From: Dipteris shenzhenensis
Lineage: Eukaryota
Direction: 5' to 3' (one strand)
Length of the DNA stretch: 64,000 bases
Assembly (NCBI GenBank): GCA_047967505.1
Contig: CM106538.1
Within the stretch, counting starts at the first letter, position 1, and the number at the start of each line of letters is the position of its first letter. The notes under the pieces were generated by a model, which worked only from the letters and a program-made list of their open reading frames with translations, was not told the DNA's origin and ran no database searches. This document shows positions 10,380-22,832 of this stretch, in pieces. The translations under genes and the position numbers were made by a program.

Positions 10380-13300
10380 ATGGCATCCGATTCTCTTTCA
10401 CAGATTGTCACTAAAAAGCTTGACAAGAACAACTTCCAGGCATGGAAGTTTAGAATGACGAATTTCCTTATGGGAAAAGGCTATTGGGAGTTCATTACAG
10501 GAAATGAAGAACCTGTTCTTCCTAATGTTCCCAATCAACAGGAAATGCATGCATTTAAAGGATGGCATGAGAGAGCCAGGAAAGTTATGTACTGGCTGTC
10601 TATCAGTATTTCGGACTCCATGATTGTGCATATTCAGGATGCAAGTACGCCAAAGGAGGCATGGGATACTTTGGCAAAAATGTACAGCACAAATACGCAA
10701 GCCAGGAAAATGCAGCTCAAGCAGGAGCTGCACAATGTGCAGAGAGAAAATATGAGCATCAATGACTACCACATGAAGGTGAAGAAAATTGCGGATGCAC
10801 TTGCTTCCATTGGGTCGCCAGTGGATGATGACGATTTAGTTTCTGTGACCTTGAATGGTCTAGGAAAGGATTATGCACAGTTTCGGACATCCATTGCCGT
10901 CCGTGAAAAATTTCCTGATTTTGAGGAGTTGATTGCTCTTCTAATTTTTGAAGAGCAGAGAAATGGTGGTGCATCTTCTTCAGCAGGAACTTCAAAAGAA
11001 ACTGTCTTCTACTCAAATGCTGGCAGAGGTAGAGGCAGAGGTAGAGGAGGCCGATCTGCAGGCGGTAGAAATCAGAATATGCAGCAAATGCAAGAAAACC
11101 AGTCCTATGCAGGAGGACGTGGTAACTCTAGAGGCAGGGGGAGCCAAAGAGGTCGTGGTGGATGGCAGAGAGGCCAAAATGCAAACAGCAATGTTGAATG
11201 CTACTACTGTGGTAAAATGGGGCATATGGCTAAAGACTGCTACAAAAAGCAGAATGACATTATGAATGGAAAATTGCAGCAAGGCAATTATGCATCCTCT
11301 AGTAGACAGGGTGATGACAGAAATGAGCATTTGTTTATGGTGCAGCATATGACAAATTCTGTGACAAGTGCAGAAGAAAGCAATGATGTGTGGTATGTTG
11401 ACTCAAGTGCGTCAAACCACATGACAGGTCATGTTGAATGGATGCAGGATGCAAGGAAAATGGAAAAACCAGGATTTGTGGAGACTGGTGATGATACTGC
11501 ACATCCTATTGTGCAGATTGGCAAAATTCCTTTGTCCATGCAGGATGGGAAAAAGAAATACTTGTCTGATGTATTTCATGTCCCGAACATCACCAAGAAC
11601 CTAGTTTCTGTTGGTTAGATGGTTGAGCAGGGCTTGCAGGTCAGATTTAATCCTCATGGATGCTTTGTTGAGGATATGAAAAATAATGGTCGCTTGATAG
11701 CAAAAGGAAAGAAGAAGGGCAGGATGTTTACGTTGGATGCGGACATGCCTGAATTGAGTGCAGCAATGTTTGCACATGGGACCGGTTTAGTTACAGATAT
11801 TGATATCTGGCACAAACGCATTGGTCATGTTAATATATAACGACTTAAATCAATGCAAGCCCAAAATATTGTTGCAGGATTGCGTAAATTCAAGGTTGCA
11901 GAAATGCACAAGGTTTGTGAATCCTGTCAATTTGGGAAACAGGCAAGGAAACCTTTTCCTAGGCATGTTTAAGAGAGTAAAAAGCCATTGGAATTAATCC
12001 ACTCTGATGTGTGGACTACTAAAGCTGCATCTATTGGTGGCTGTCACTATTTTGTCACATTTATTGATGACTTCAGCAGAAAACTTTGGGTGTATTTTAT
12101 GAAAAAGAAAAGTGAAGTGTTTGGGCACTTCAAAGCTTTCAAAGCTATGGTTGAAAAAGAAACAGGCCTGCAAATAAAATGCCTAAGGTCAGATGGAGGG
12201 GGAGAGTACCTCTCAAATGAGTTTGCAAGGTTCTTGCAAGAGCATGGTATAAAGCAGCAATATTCATGCAGTCATACGCCACAGCAAAATGGAATTGCAG
12301 AAAGGAAAAACAGGCATATTGGAGAGGTATCTTGGGCTATGTTAAATGAAAAAGATCTACTAGATTATTATTGGGCTGAAGCAGTTGCTACAGCAGTTTA
12401 TATAATGAATAGGACTCCCATTGCAGCAATACATGGCATGACGCCAGAGGAGATGTATACTGGTAGGAAACCAGATATTTCTCATTTGAAAATTTTTGGT
12501 TGCATTGCCTATGTCCATGTGCCAGATGAGTTGAGGTCCAAGTTGGATCCAAAAGCTGAGAAGTGCATCTTTATTGGTTATTCTCTACAGCAGAAAGGGT
12601 ATAGATGCTATAACCCTTCTACTCGTAAGTTTACAGTGAGCAGAGATGTTGTTTTTGATGAGATGAGCAGCTGGTATAAACCAGTAAATGTGATGATTGA
12701 TGTAGATGCACAAAATGGTAATGCTGCACAGAATTCACAGCAGCAATCACAAAATATCAGTGGACCTGCAGTGTCGTCTAGCAATGGTTCACATAGTTCG
12801 CCATGGACAGGCAGATTGAGATCAGGAGAATCTCCTCAAAGCAATGCAGAGAGTGGTATGTAGGTATCATGAAAAGGAAAAGAGAAGGTGGATCAGCCCA
12901 TGTTTGATGTGAATGCAGGTCACTCTTGTGTGGATGGTGAATCCAGTGGCTCAGAACAGAGCATTGATGATGAGTTGGGTATTCCTTCTGTTGTTACACT
13001 TGGAGTAAGGAAGACCAGGGATGTTTTGAGAGCACCTGGAAGTGAGCCTATTTTGCGCAGGTCTACCAGGGTTAGGTATCCTGTGGATAGGCTGAAATAT
13101 GATGGATTTACAGCCATTCACTATGCCTATATGGTCAAAGTGATACAGGAACCAGAACCCACTTCTTTTGAGCAAGCCATGGGAAATGAAAAATGGGAGA
13201 AAGCCATGGATGAAGAAATGGATGCCTTGGATGCAAATGCTACATGGGAATTGGTGCCTTTGCCTAAAGACAAGAATGCAATTGGCTGTAAGTGGGTTTA

Positions 13301-14738
13301 TAAGATCAAGCACAATGCAGATGGTTCTGTGAATAGATACAAGGCAAGATTAGTTGTCAAGGGGTATGCACAGACATATGGCATTGATTATGAAGAAACT
13401 TTCAGCCCGGTTGCAAGGATGGCAACCGTAAGAGCAGCCATTGCTATGGCTGCATCAAAGGGATGGTCTTTACATCAGATGGATGTAAATAATGCCTTCT
13501 TGCATGGTGATTTGCAAGAAGAGGTCTTTATGGAGCAGCCAGCAGGTTATGTTCATGCTATTCATCCTGAGTTTGTTTGCAGGTTGAAGAAAGCCTTGTA
13601 TGGCTTGAAGCAAGCACCTAGAGCATGGTCTGACAAGATAGGACAGTATCTTGTCACTATTGGCTTTCAAATTTCCAAGGCAGATTTGTCACTCTATGTG
13701 AGAAAAACAGAGAAAGGGATTATGCTGCTTGTCATTTATGTTGATGATTTGATCATCACAGGTGATAGTGATGAAGATATCCTTCATGTGAAAATGCTAT
13801 TGAGGCAGAAGTTTGAGATGAAGGATTTGGGAGAGGGGCGTTATTTCTTGGGCATTGAGGTGATTAGATCACCAAGTGGGATACAGCTCTTGCAGAGGCA
13901 GTATGGACTGGACATGCTGTCCAAATATGGAATGACAGGCTGTAAGCCTATTTCAGTTCCTTTGGAGCAGAATGTGAAGCTGAACGCAGATGCAGGTGAG
14001 CTTCTGGAAGACCCTACTATGTACAGACGCATAGTAGGAAGTTTGATTTACATGACTATTACCAGGCCAGATTTGAGCTATGCTGTTGGGTTGGTAAGTC
14101 AGTTTATGCAGGCTCCAAGGAAACCGCATTTGGATGCGGCTAGACGCATACTCAGGTATGTGAAGTCCACATTGCAAATTGGACTATTTTATGAGGCTGG
14201 GGTTCAGATACAGTTGCATGGATACATTGATGCTGATTGGGCTGGTAGTAGTTCTGATAGACGATCTACCAGTGGATATGTGTTCTCTTTTGGGAGTGCT
14301 GCAGTCACTTGGAGCAGCAAGAAACAACCTATAGTTGCCTTGTCGAGCACAGAGGCTGAGTACAGGGGTGCAGCAATGGCTGCATGTGAGGTAGCTTAGT
14401 TGCATAAGCTACTCTATGATATGCATCAGTCTACAGATGGGCCAGTTGTCATTTATTGTGACAACATGAGCAGCATACACTTGGCAAAGAACCCAGTCTT
14501 TCATGCTAGAACAAAGCACATTGAGGTGCATTATCACTATGTGCGGGAGAAGGCTTTACTAGGTCTTATTGATCTAGTTTATGTCAGCACAGAGGATCAG
14601 GTAGCTGACATATTCACGAAAGCATTGGGCGCAGAGAAGCTACGCAAGTTCAGAGACCTGCTTGGTGTGCAGGAATTGGAATTGAGCTCGAGGGGGAGTG
14701 TTGAGATATCGAGCTCCACTCGCGATATGCCAGGGTGA
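10380..14738 (+). pseudogene. Copia gag-pol polyprotein, single frame broken by six in-frame stops
   Basis: CX2CX4HX4C knuckle (CYYCGKMGHMAKDC), protease WYVDSSASNHM, integrase ELIHSDVW / LRSDGGGEY, RT YVDDL, RNase H DADWAG and TKHIEVHYHYVRE; stops at 11616, 11838, 11970, 12861, 12870 and 14397. Confidence 0.95.
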
Positions 14739-14887
14739 CCGTTGTGTATTTATGTCACCGACTTGTTAGCTGGAGATGCGGTTGGTACACCGCCCACGAA
14801 TAATAGCTGGATGACAGCTATCCTTATCTACTCTAGTTTGTGGCTCAGTTAGTATGCCACCTTAGTTAGTTGAGTTTGGTTTGAGAC
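14699..14887 (+). repeat. Truncated 3' LTR of Copia copy 1 (189 bp)
   Basis: Identical by eye to 9484-9672, then breaks abruptly after 'ttgagac'. Confidence 0.95.
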
Positions 14888-16352
14888 TAAAAGCCCTAAA
14901 TCTGACATCGTGCAACTAGATCCCAAATTCTTAACATGGTTGCTAGGGTCTTAGTAGCCTCCCAAATGTGATTTTTTAAAAATATTAATTTTCTAAATTA
15001 CAAAACCATAACCCTAATTGTTTCCAGAAATGGAGTGGTAGGGGCAAGTGGTAGTGGCGGGATGTCCTAGGTTTAAAATCATAAAATTTGGTTGGGTTTT
15101 CTACTCTAAACCCTAAACCCTATTTTTTATTCCCTACCAGTTGAAGACAAAGCAATGATTTTTGTTGCTAAAATGGAACCTAGAATTATACTGATGCTTT
15201 TGAATCACATGATGAAGCTGGCAAAGCTACATACCTTTTTTGCCTCACGGAGTGTGTCAACTATACAGTCTCCAATTGGATTCCCTTTTGTGGTTGGTCT
15301 TGAACTTCATGTTGGATTAAGGTGCATCCTCGATTGCCTTCTGTGTTAGTTGGATTGCCTCCAGATCGGTGAGGCTCGAGTCATCAAAGCGTGCACTCTC
15401 ATCGATTGCTGGATTGATTGGAGCATCAAAGTCAATGACATCATCAAAGGTGTCATTGAAGAGCCGACATAGCACCTCATCATCTCGAAGACCGGTTTCT
15501 TCCATCATTTCCAATAGGGTAAGGTATTTCTCACTCTCAATCCTGATTGGATCAACTGAAGCAAGGTGTGGCTTGGTTGTTGCCTCATCTAGATTATAGG
15601 TAGAGGATGGATATGCATGAGTTGGATATGAAGATAAGATGACCTTGCTTTCAACTTGCTCCTCAGCTAGGCTAATAGTATGCTCCTCAGGCTCTGGGTC
15701 TAGGTTTAGGTCATCTCCTCCACCACTTGTTGATGGACCTGCTCCACCACTTGTGGATGCAGGACCCTTGGGCTGCTTGCCAACATCCTCATCAAACTTG
15801 CTAGTCACAAGGGGAAGAGTAAGGGTTGCATCTTTCTCAATCAAATGAATTGGGGAAGATGAATCATCCTCGATGGGAATAGCATACTCATGGAGAGAGA
15901 TAGGGACATTATCCATGGCCCTACCTAGTGTCTTCTTGAAGTTAGCACTCTGGTCAAAAGAGCTCAAAATGTTCAATGAAACCCATTGGGGAGGGGAGTT
16001 AGCAATTGCGACAGATTGCCCATGGATAAGTCTATCAAAAAACAGAAGAGAGGGATTATAAGCAGGAAGGAGAGCTCTCAAGTGTGACTCAAGATGGAAT
16101 GCCTTGCAGAAGATAGGATAAACCTGATCTACAGAGGCATGGGAATCAGTGGATCAAATCCACTAGTCAAAAGCCTCTCTAGGGGAAGCCATGAGTGTAG
16201 GAGGATGCTTGGGAAGATGAAAGAGGAGGCAAGGTTATGCGAAACTGAAAATGTGAAAATGACCTTAGAAGTGTACTTTATAAAATGGGCATTGCCCTTA
16301 AAAATGCTCTTAATTACAATATTTTTATATTTATTATTTTTTCTTTGGAAAG

Positions 16353-16354
<2 letters not shown>

Positions 16355-16390
<36 letters not shown>

Positions 16391-16512
16391 CTTAGCAATC
16401 TCCCTCTCTCCCTCTCTCTCTCTCTCTCATAGACCCATAAGGTCTTCCGAGGATGTTAATATATCTTTCTTTCTTTCCCTCCCTTTGTATCCCTCATTGC
16501 TCTTTCTCTCTC

Positions 16513-16552
<40 letters not shown>

Positions 16553-16625
16553 CCTCTCTCTCTCCCTCTCTTGCTCCCTCTCTCTCTCTCTCTCTCTCTC
16601 TTTCCCTCCCTTTGTGTCCCTATAT

Positions 16626-16671
<46 letters not shown>

Positions 16672-17231
16672 ACACCCGATGATCATCTTGTTGCCTTGTT
16701 GCCCTTAGCTATCTGTGTCGGACATTGATTTTACATATGCACTTTTTGTACTTTGTTAGTGGCTCCACCCTTTGGATCAGTTGTATCTGGGTTTTTTTTC
16801 AATATCATAGTCTCTCAAAGACCTTAATTAACTTTCTTATTTTTCTCTTTCTCAACTTAGAGGTGCAAATGAATAAATGCAATCTTAACTCTCTCTCTCT
16901 TTCCTTTCTCTCTCTCTCTCTCTCTATCCCACTCTCCATCTCCCTTTTTTTGTCCCTGTCTCCATCTCCATCTTTCCCCCCCCTTCCTCTGTCTCTTTCC
17001 CTTCCTTTGTGTCCTTGACTGCTCTCTCTCTCTCTCTCTCTCTCTCCCCCCCTCTCTCTCTCTCTCTCTCTATTTATACATCTAACAATGTCGCATGGCC
17101 AGGTGCATTATTTGTGTCCCTGACTCTTCTCTCTCTCTCTCTCTCTCATAGTCTTTCTCTCTCTCTCTCTCTTCATAGATCTAACTCTGTCTCATGGCCA
17201 GGTACATTATTTGTGTCGCTTATTGCACTCT

Positions 17232-17262
<31 letters not shown>

Positions 17263-17320
17263 ACTGAGTCTCTCTTGCACACTCTAATTTATATATCTCT
17301 CTCTCATATACACTCTCTGT
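16355..17320. repeat. (CT)n microsatellite-rich spacer with a duplicated ~45-bp unit
   Basis: Many (CT)n runs; 'tctaac...catggccagg(tg/ta)cattatttgtgtc' at about 17081 and 17180. Confidence 0.9.
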
Positions 17321-17547
17321 TGCACAATACAGATATACAAATATCCACACAGATTTAAAATTACAAATATTTATCACTTTATCATTCATAGACCATAGAG
17401 AGCCATCAATCTAGAGGTGCAAACTTAATAAATAAAATCTTAACAATAAATAAAACAACACTTTGCATTATTTATGATTTCTGTTCATGCATGTAACAAT
17501 GTCGCTAAGTGCATTGTTGAAGCAGTAAGGATCCAATAACATGGATA

Positions 17548-18883
17548 TTATGAAATACTTGCCATCATGTCTCTACTATCTCTAGAGTATGGGGGGGGCA
17601 ACAATTCTTACAAAGGATGCTTGTCTCATCCCTATATCTAACTTTGCGATTATCAAGTCTAAAATAATAGTGGGGAGGGCTTGCTGCTCCCAACTGCAAT
17701 TCTTCCCTAATAAATCACATGGTCCACTCCTCTTCTAATTCCAACATTAGATTAGGATGTCATTGCCGATAAATTGATACCTCGACAACAGGACTGTGAG
17801 TCCCATCGCCCAGATCATCATCCATTAGTTCCCATTGTAGGTTCTTCTATCTAAACCTTCTACATGTGAAAGTCATGCAGAGATTTTGCCTTCCAATGAA
17901 ATACCTGCAAAATTTGGGATCTATTAATACATAGTATCCTGATAATTTTTTATACAAACAAGATTTGTAAGATTTGCTCACCGAAATGTCACATCTGAAG
18001 TGTTCAATCAACATTGTACTAAATCTTTAGCATGACATGTTCTTGTTGTCCATCCATTGTCAAATAGCTCAGATAGCCAGTCCATTTCAAGCTCTTGCAA
18101 GTGTAAGTAATCTTTGTTTTCCTTAATTGCCTACAACTTGCAAAGAAATCAACAAAGCATGGAAATGGAAGAAAACAGCTCAACCTAGCATTTATTCCAC
18201 AAGTAGTTGGCTTCATAGCATTTCTCACACCATTAAACATTCTATTTTTATATGATTCACTTATCTCCATGCTTGGAAGTGGCCATTCTGGACTATCAAA
18301 AGAGGGCAAGGGAAGAGATTCTAATCTACCATACTATCCAGTAAAGAAGATCCTGTCCTTTTTCTATTCTGATGGTGTGCGACCTTCATACTGAAGACTC
18401 CTGATCTCAACATGGAGGACATGCAACACCCCAGTTATGCATGCTACAGGCTCCCACTCTTTGTAAGTAGATGGATATAAGTCTGTAAAACAAATACAAG
18501 GCATAAGACACTTGTGTCAAAGTCCCCAAATAAATGCAAATACTCTAAAAAGCAAATAAACTTACAATTGGGCCTACGATATGGAAGTCTTGCATTCGGA
18601 TGCACGTATATGTTTGCATGGGTAAAGACATGTTGAATATATACCTATGTCACTGTGTTACTGGCAGGAGAAATTTCAAAATCTAAGATCCTTCCCTTCC
18701 AATTTTGGAGATGTCCATTGCATCCTTCAGACCCACTTTGTAGCACCCATGATTAGTGGGTTGCATTGTGATCCAAAAATATTTCGTGTAGAGCTGAGGA
18801 ATCCATTCCCCATGCTCATCCTTAACATTCTTCAATACAACAAATTGTAAACTACTTCTATATCTATCATTTTCTACTTCCAT
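17548..18883 (-). pseudogene. Three-exon pseudogene with an N-terminal BAH-like domain and a possible C-terminal ubiquitin-like fold
   Basis: GT-AG introns at about 18565-18483 and 17981-17905; spliced reading YKVG...WKGRILDFEI...VYIQHVFTH...RPNYLYPSTYKEWEPVACITGVLHVLH follows the BAH pattern (YxVGD...IGRILE...VRWFY...NELFLSxxxDxIPVxxIxGKCxV); stops and frameshifts. Confidence 0.5.
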
Positions 18884-18996
18884 AGTTTCTACCCCTGTAC
18901 CATATGATTAAAATTAGCTCTTTCTACTTCCATAGACGCTCCAAATTTATGTCTTCTATTCTCTCTTTCTCTATCCCTCTCTTTCTCTTTCTTTGC

Positions 18997-19045
<49 letters not shown>

Positions 19046-19896
19046 TCCCTCTCTCCTTTAACTAAACCTCTCATAAAAACAAATAAAATATTATTTCAAA
19101 AAACATAAAATGCTTCTCTCTCTCTCAGTCAGTCTTCCAAGGTACTCCTCACACAAACAAACATCAAATTATTTTGAAATACTTAGTTTACGATATGCTC
19201 TCTTTCTGCTCTGTTTCTCCACAAACAAAGAAAACATTATCAATATCATATCACTCTCTCTCTCCCTCCCAAAACTCTTTGATTAGGATCTCTTTTTCTT
19301 CCTTCTTTCTCAAATACTTTTAAAACCTAGCAGTTTGAAATACAATCTCTGTCTCTCTTCCTCAATCATCCCCTCAACAGAAGAAAACATAGCAGTTCGA
19401 AATATAATCTCTCTCTCTCTCTCTCTTTTCCCTCCCTCTATCTACCCCTCCTATACTAGCAAAGAAACAAACGACTATTTCAAGGAGGATCGAAGCACCA
19501 CGAAAGAGACATAAGTGTGCAACACTCAATCTATTGCAAATGTGTGTACTCAACAATACATGATAGGACTCTTATATAGAGAGTGCCCTTTGAATAGTCA
19601 ACACATGTGGGATGCTTTCATCCACATCTCTCCTTGTGGATATCTTCAGTCCACATCTCCACATCATGTAGTCGACATTCAACCACATTTTAATTACAAT
19701 TCCAAATAAAACATTACAACTCCAAAACGCAATAAAATTGAAAGCTTAAAAAGTGCTTGTATATACATATAGCATGAAGCTAAGCCACGTCATGTGGCTT
19801 CAAGTACAAAAAATAAGAGGAGTGTATATACAAGAGGCACGAAGCCAAGCCAGTGGCTTTAAGTACAAAAAAGAGTAGCTAGCACTACTTCTATGA

Positions 19897-20890
19897 CTAA
19901 TCTATGTTCTCCATGTCCTCGCTCCCTTCCACGCTCCCTTCTACGCTCCCTTCTCCGCCTTCTTCCTCATCTTCTTCCTCGTCTTCTTGTGCAGGGAACT
20001 GTGAACAAGGGACAACATATATCAATGTATGAAAAATCAAATCTTTACTTATAATATTGACATTATTTAATTACTTTCAAATACCTCAGGGGCTGCTCCA
20101 GTAGCCCGGATATACTGCTCCTTAGTAATCAACCCATCATGATAGAAGTGCTTCCATGAATCTCCTCTGTGATGGTGGCGGTGGTAGGCTGTCTCGACAG
20201 GAGTAGGGTATCTGCCCACGATATCAAGCTACAAGACGACACAATTTGCAGAGGGATTAGTACAAAGAAACAAGCTCCTAATAAACTACATTAGCAATAT
20301 AATTTGAGATCAATACTTACAAATTGGGCCTCCCATGAATCAACACCCCTTGCTCCAAAATGCACGCTTCCATATTGCTCCATCTGGATCCTTCATGCCT
20401 CCACGTGCTGCAGACTGGGGTCCTCCCTCGCTGACTTCATTGCTTTCTTCCACTCACGCTTGTGAGCGGTGTGGGGCAGGCCCCTTGGTGGTTGACCTCC
20501 CTTGAGCCTAGCAAGCTCCGCTAGTGCCTGCCTCTTAAGCGAAGATCTTTTATTGCCAAGTATCGTAACAATCTTTGACTTAGCCCATTTATCTGTGAAC
20601 TGGCGATTGGGGGGGTTAGGATACCTAGAGCGAACAGCAACGAGGGTCTCATCAACCAACCTCTTTGGCTGGTCTTTGTAGTGGATAAAGCAATCTCTGT
20701 AATTGTTAGCAATTACAGAGTGCATGAAGGCGATGATGTCCTTCCCCTATGCATCCATCAAGATGCCTCCTGTCTGAGTGATGCCATAGAATATTGTACC
20801 ATCACCCGAAGGCACGTCTAAATCAGTTTCTCGCCATGCATGTCTCACAGACCAAGGTGTGGGTAGGGGTGTTGAGAGTTGTGGTGCCAT
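19897..20890 (-). pseudogene. En/Spm (CACTA) TnpA/Ptta-like gene, three exons, acidic tail
   Basis: ATG 20890; GT-AG introns 20320-20229 and 20084-19999; spliced motif HFGARGVDSWEAQFLDIVGRYPTPVETAYHRH resembles the Ptta/En/Spm HxxGxxS...GRxPTxxExFxxTH motif; two in-frame stops. Confidence 0.55.
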
Positions 20891-21303
20891 GAGCACATAA
20901 TTAGAGGCTAAGGTATGGTATAGGAAAGAATCAAAGTAGCCACTATATGGCAAGCTTCTTAGGCTCTAGGACTTGTTTGGCCTAACATCCTCCACATGCC
21001 TGATGATCCTTCCAAGCTACAATCTTAATTTTTACGAAAGGTCACTACTGAGACATGTACTAATAGATATGGTTACTAATTTATAGTGTAGTAAGATCTA
21101 GGCAATTCAAGGAAATAGGAACTTTTTTAATATGTGGAGACTAATATTTTTATAAGAGGTTGTTTTTTAGCCACGTTTTGGACCTAGGTGTGTTTATACC
21201 CATTCCATGAAGGGGGGTAAGGGGGGGACAACATTCCCCTGAGGGCTAATGCTGGGGTGTTTCAAATATATGAAAATTGGTGCATGCATTGTGTGGTCAA
21301 AAT

Positions 21304-22832
21304 TGTAAGATAAGGGCATGCCTCACATAGTAGGAGAGCAATGGATGTACTACTTGTATCTTGTATCTTCTCGCTTGTTTGCTAGATAAGAAAAACATAG
21401 GACTAGCTATATGTCTGTGAACATAGCCCACACTAGGTGAACCATGTATATAAGTGTCTCTCTTTCTCTTCCATTAGTGTATATCTATGCATTTTGCTTC
21501 TTGCATTATTGCTCTGTTATTATGTTTCTCCTAACAATTGGTATCACAGTAGCTGTGTTTGAGCAACACCCATTCGATTGATATTGGAATGAGGTTCTTG
21601 GTTTGATTAGGAGCAATGGTGGAAGAAGGAAAGCTCAAAAGTAAATTTTGAGGATGAGGTTTGAGATCTCTTGATTTTTTGTTCATTGGTAGAAATTCAG
21701 GATGGGTTGGTCATTGTTGTGAGTTACTTTTTTTTAGGGTCAAACACTTTAAAGTTTGATGATGTTGTAGGTGTTCTCCTTAGCAAGGAAAATGTGATTG
21801 AAAAGCACATGTGAAACATAGGTAATGCTTTGAATCTTGAAGAACAGGGGAAGAAAAAGGGAGAGAGGAAAGATCCCAGGACATCACGACAAGTCAAGAA
21901 GAAAAAAATCCAAATCCAAAGGGAACCTAGAGTGGTAGCATTGCAGGAAGAAAGGACACTTGAAGAAAGACTGTTGGTTTTGCAAAAGGAAAAGGAAGGA
22001 GATTGACGACAAGAGAATATGCAGGAAGCAAATGTAAGTGTATTGCAAGATGAATTAATTCTTTCATTGGATACTATCATTGATACATGGGTAGTGGATT
22101 TAGGGGCTTCATTTCATGCTACACCTCATAAGAAATCTTTTCAAGACTATGTTCAAGGTGATTTTGGAGAAGTTCATTTAGGTGATAAATCATTGAAGGT
22201 CATTGGAAAGGGCAAGGTACTGATAAAATTATGGAATGGAAACCAATGGTTGCTAATGGAGGTAAGGCATGTTCTTGATTTAAGAAGAAACTTAATTTCA
22301 ATAGGACAATTGGATGATAAAGGCTACACAACCACATTTGCAGGAAATTTGTGGAAGGTCACTAAAGGGTCAATGGTAATAGCAAAAGGACCCAAGGAAG
22401 GCACATTGTATTTATGTACCGGTAATGCTTAATCCTCTATCGTTTTAGCTTCTACAAGAGTAGATACATCATTGTGGCATCATAGGCTTGGATGCATGAG
22501 TGAGAAGGGGATGCAGATTCTTCACTCAAGAAAGCGATTGCCAGGTTGTTATAGGAAAAAAAAGAGAGTTAGATTTCTTAGAGTTGGGAAACAAAAGAAG
22601 AGAGAAAAATTCGAGCTTGTGCATATAGATGGATGGGGTCCTGCTGATGTATCATGTCTTGGTAGTTCTTACTATTATGTCACTTTTATTGACAATGAAA
22701 CTAGAAAACTTGAGTTTATTGCATTCAAAGAAAATGTACTGTCTTTGAAACTTTTAAGAAATGGAAATCTTTGGCTAAGAATGAGGCAGAAAAGAAGTTG
22801 AAGGGTCTCATATTAGATAATGGAGGTCATCA
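21304..22832 (+). mobile_element. Degenerate Copia 5' portion (LTR, PBS, gag, protease, start of integrase)
   Basis: Putative LTR 21304-21536 ending CTAACA with a TATA box; PBS-like TGGTATCA at 21539; WVVDLGASFH protease, WHHRLG and ELVHIDGWGP integrase motifs; truncated at about 22832. Confidence 0.8.

Larger units (their letters stand above)
9484..14887 (+). mobile_element. Ty1/Copia LTR retrotransposon, copy 1 (3' LTR truncated)
   Basis: 5' LTR 9484-9836 (TG...CA), iMet PBS TGGTATCAGAGC 9837-9848, PPT GAGGGGGAG 14690-14698, partial 3' LTR 14699-14887; gag-PR-INT-RT-RH order. Confidence 0.97.
8757..16192 (-). pseudogene. Orphan two-exon gene Y (MASPREAFD*..., acidic, low-complexity middle); its intron hosts a Copia element
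   Basis: ATG at 16192 is in frame with ORF 15317..16081; donor AAAG|GTATGT at 15235/15234; acceptor TGCAG|GATATC at 9127/9126; last exon interrupted by a 160-bp insert; several nonsense codons. Confidence 0.5.

Noticed and set aside
9690-10401. Short ORFs in the Copia LTR/leader (also 37566-38187)
   Set aside because: Incidental frames in LTR and 5' UTR sequence with no recognisable domain.
16094-17287. ORFs rich in LSLSLS or ERERER (also 18889-19074 and 50365-50704)
   Set aside because: Translations of (CT)n/(GA)n microsatellites.
21043-21060. CACTAC at 21043 (also at 46060) as CACTA termini
   Set aside because: No partner TIR, subterminal repeats or 3-bp TSD; the 21043 motif faces away from the left cargo genes.
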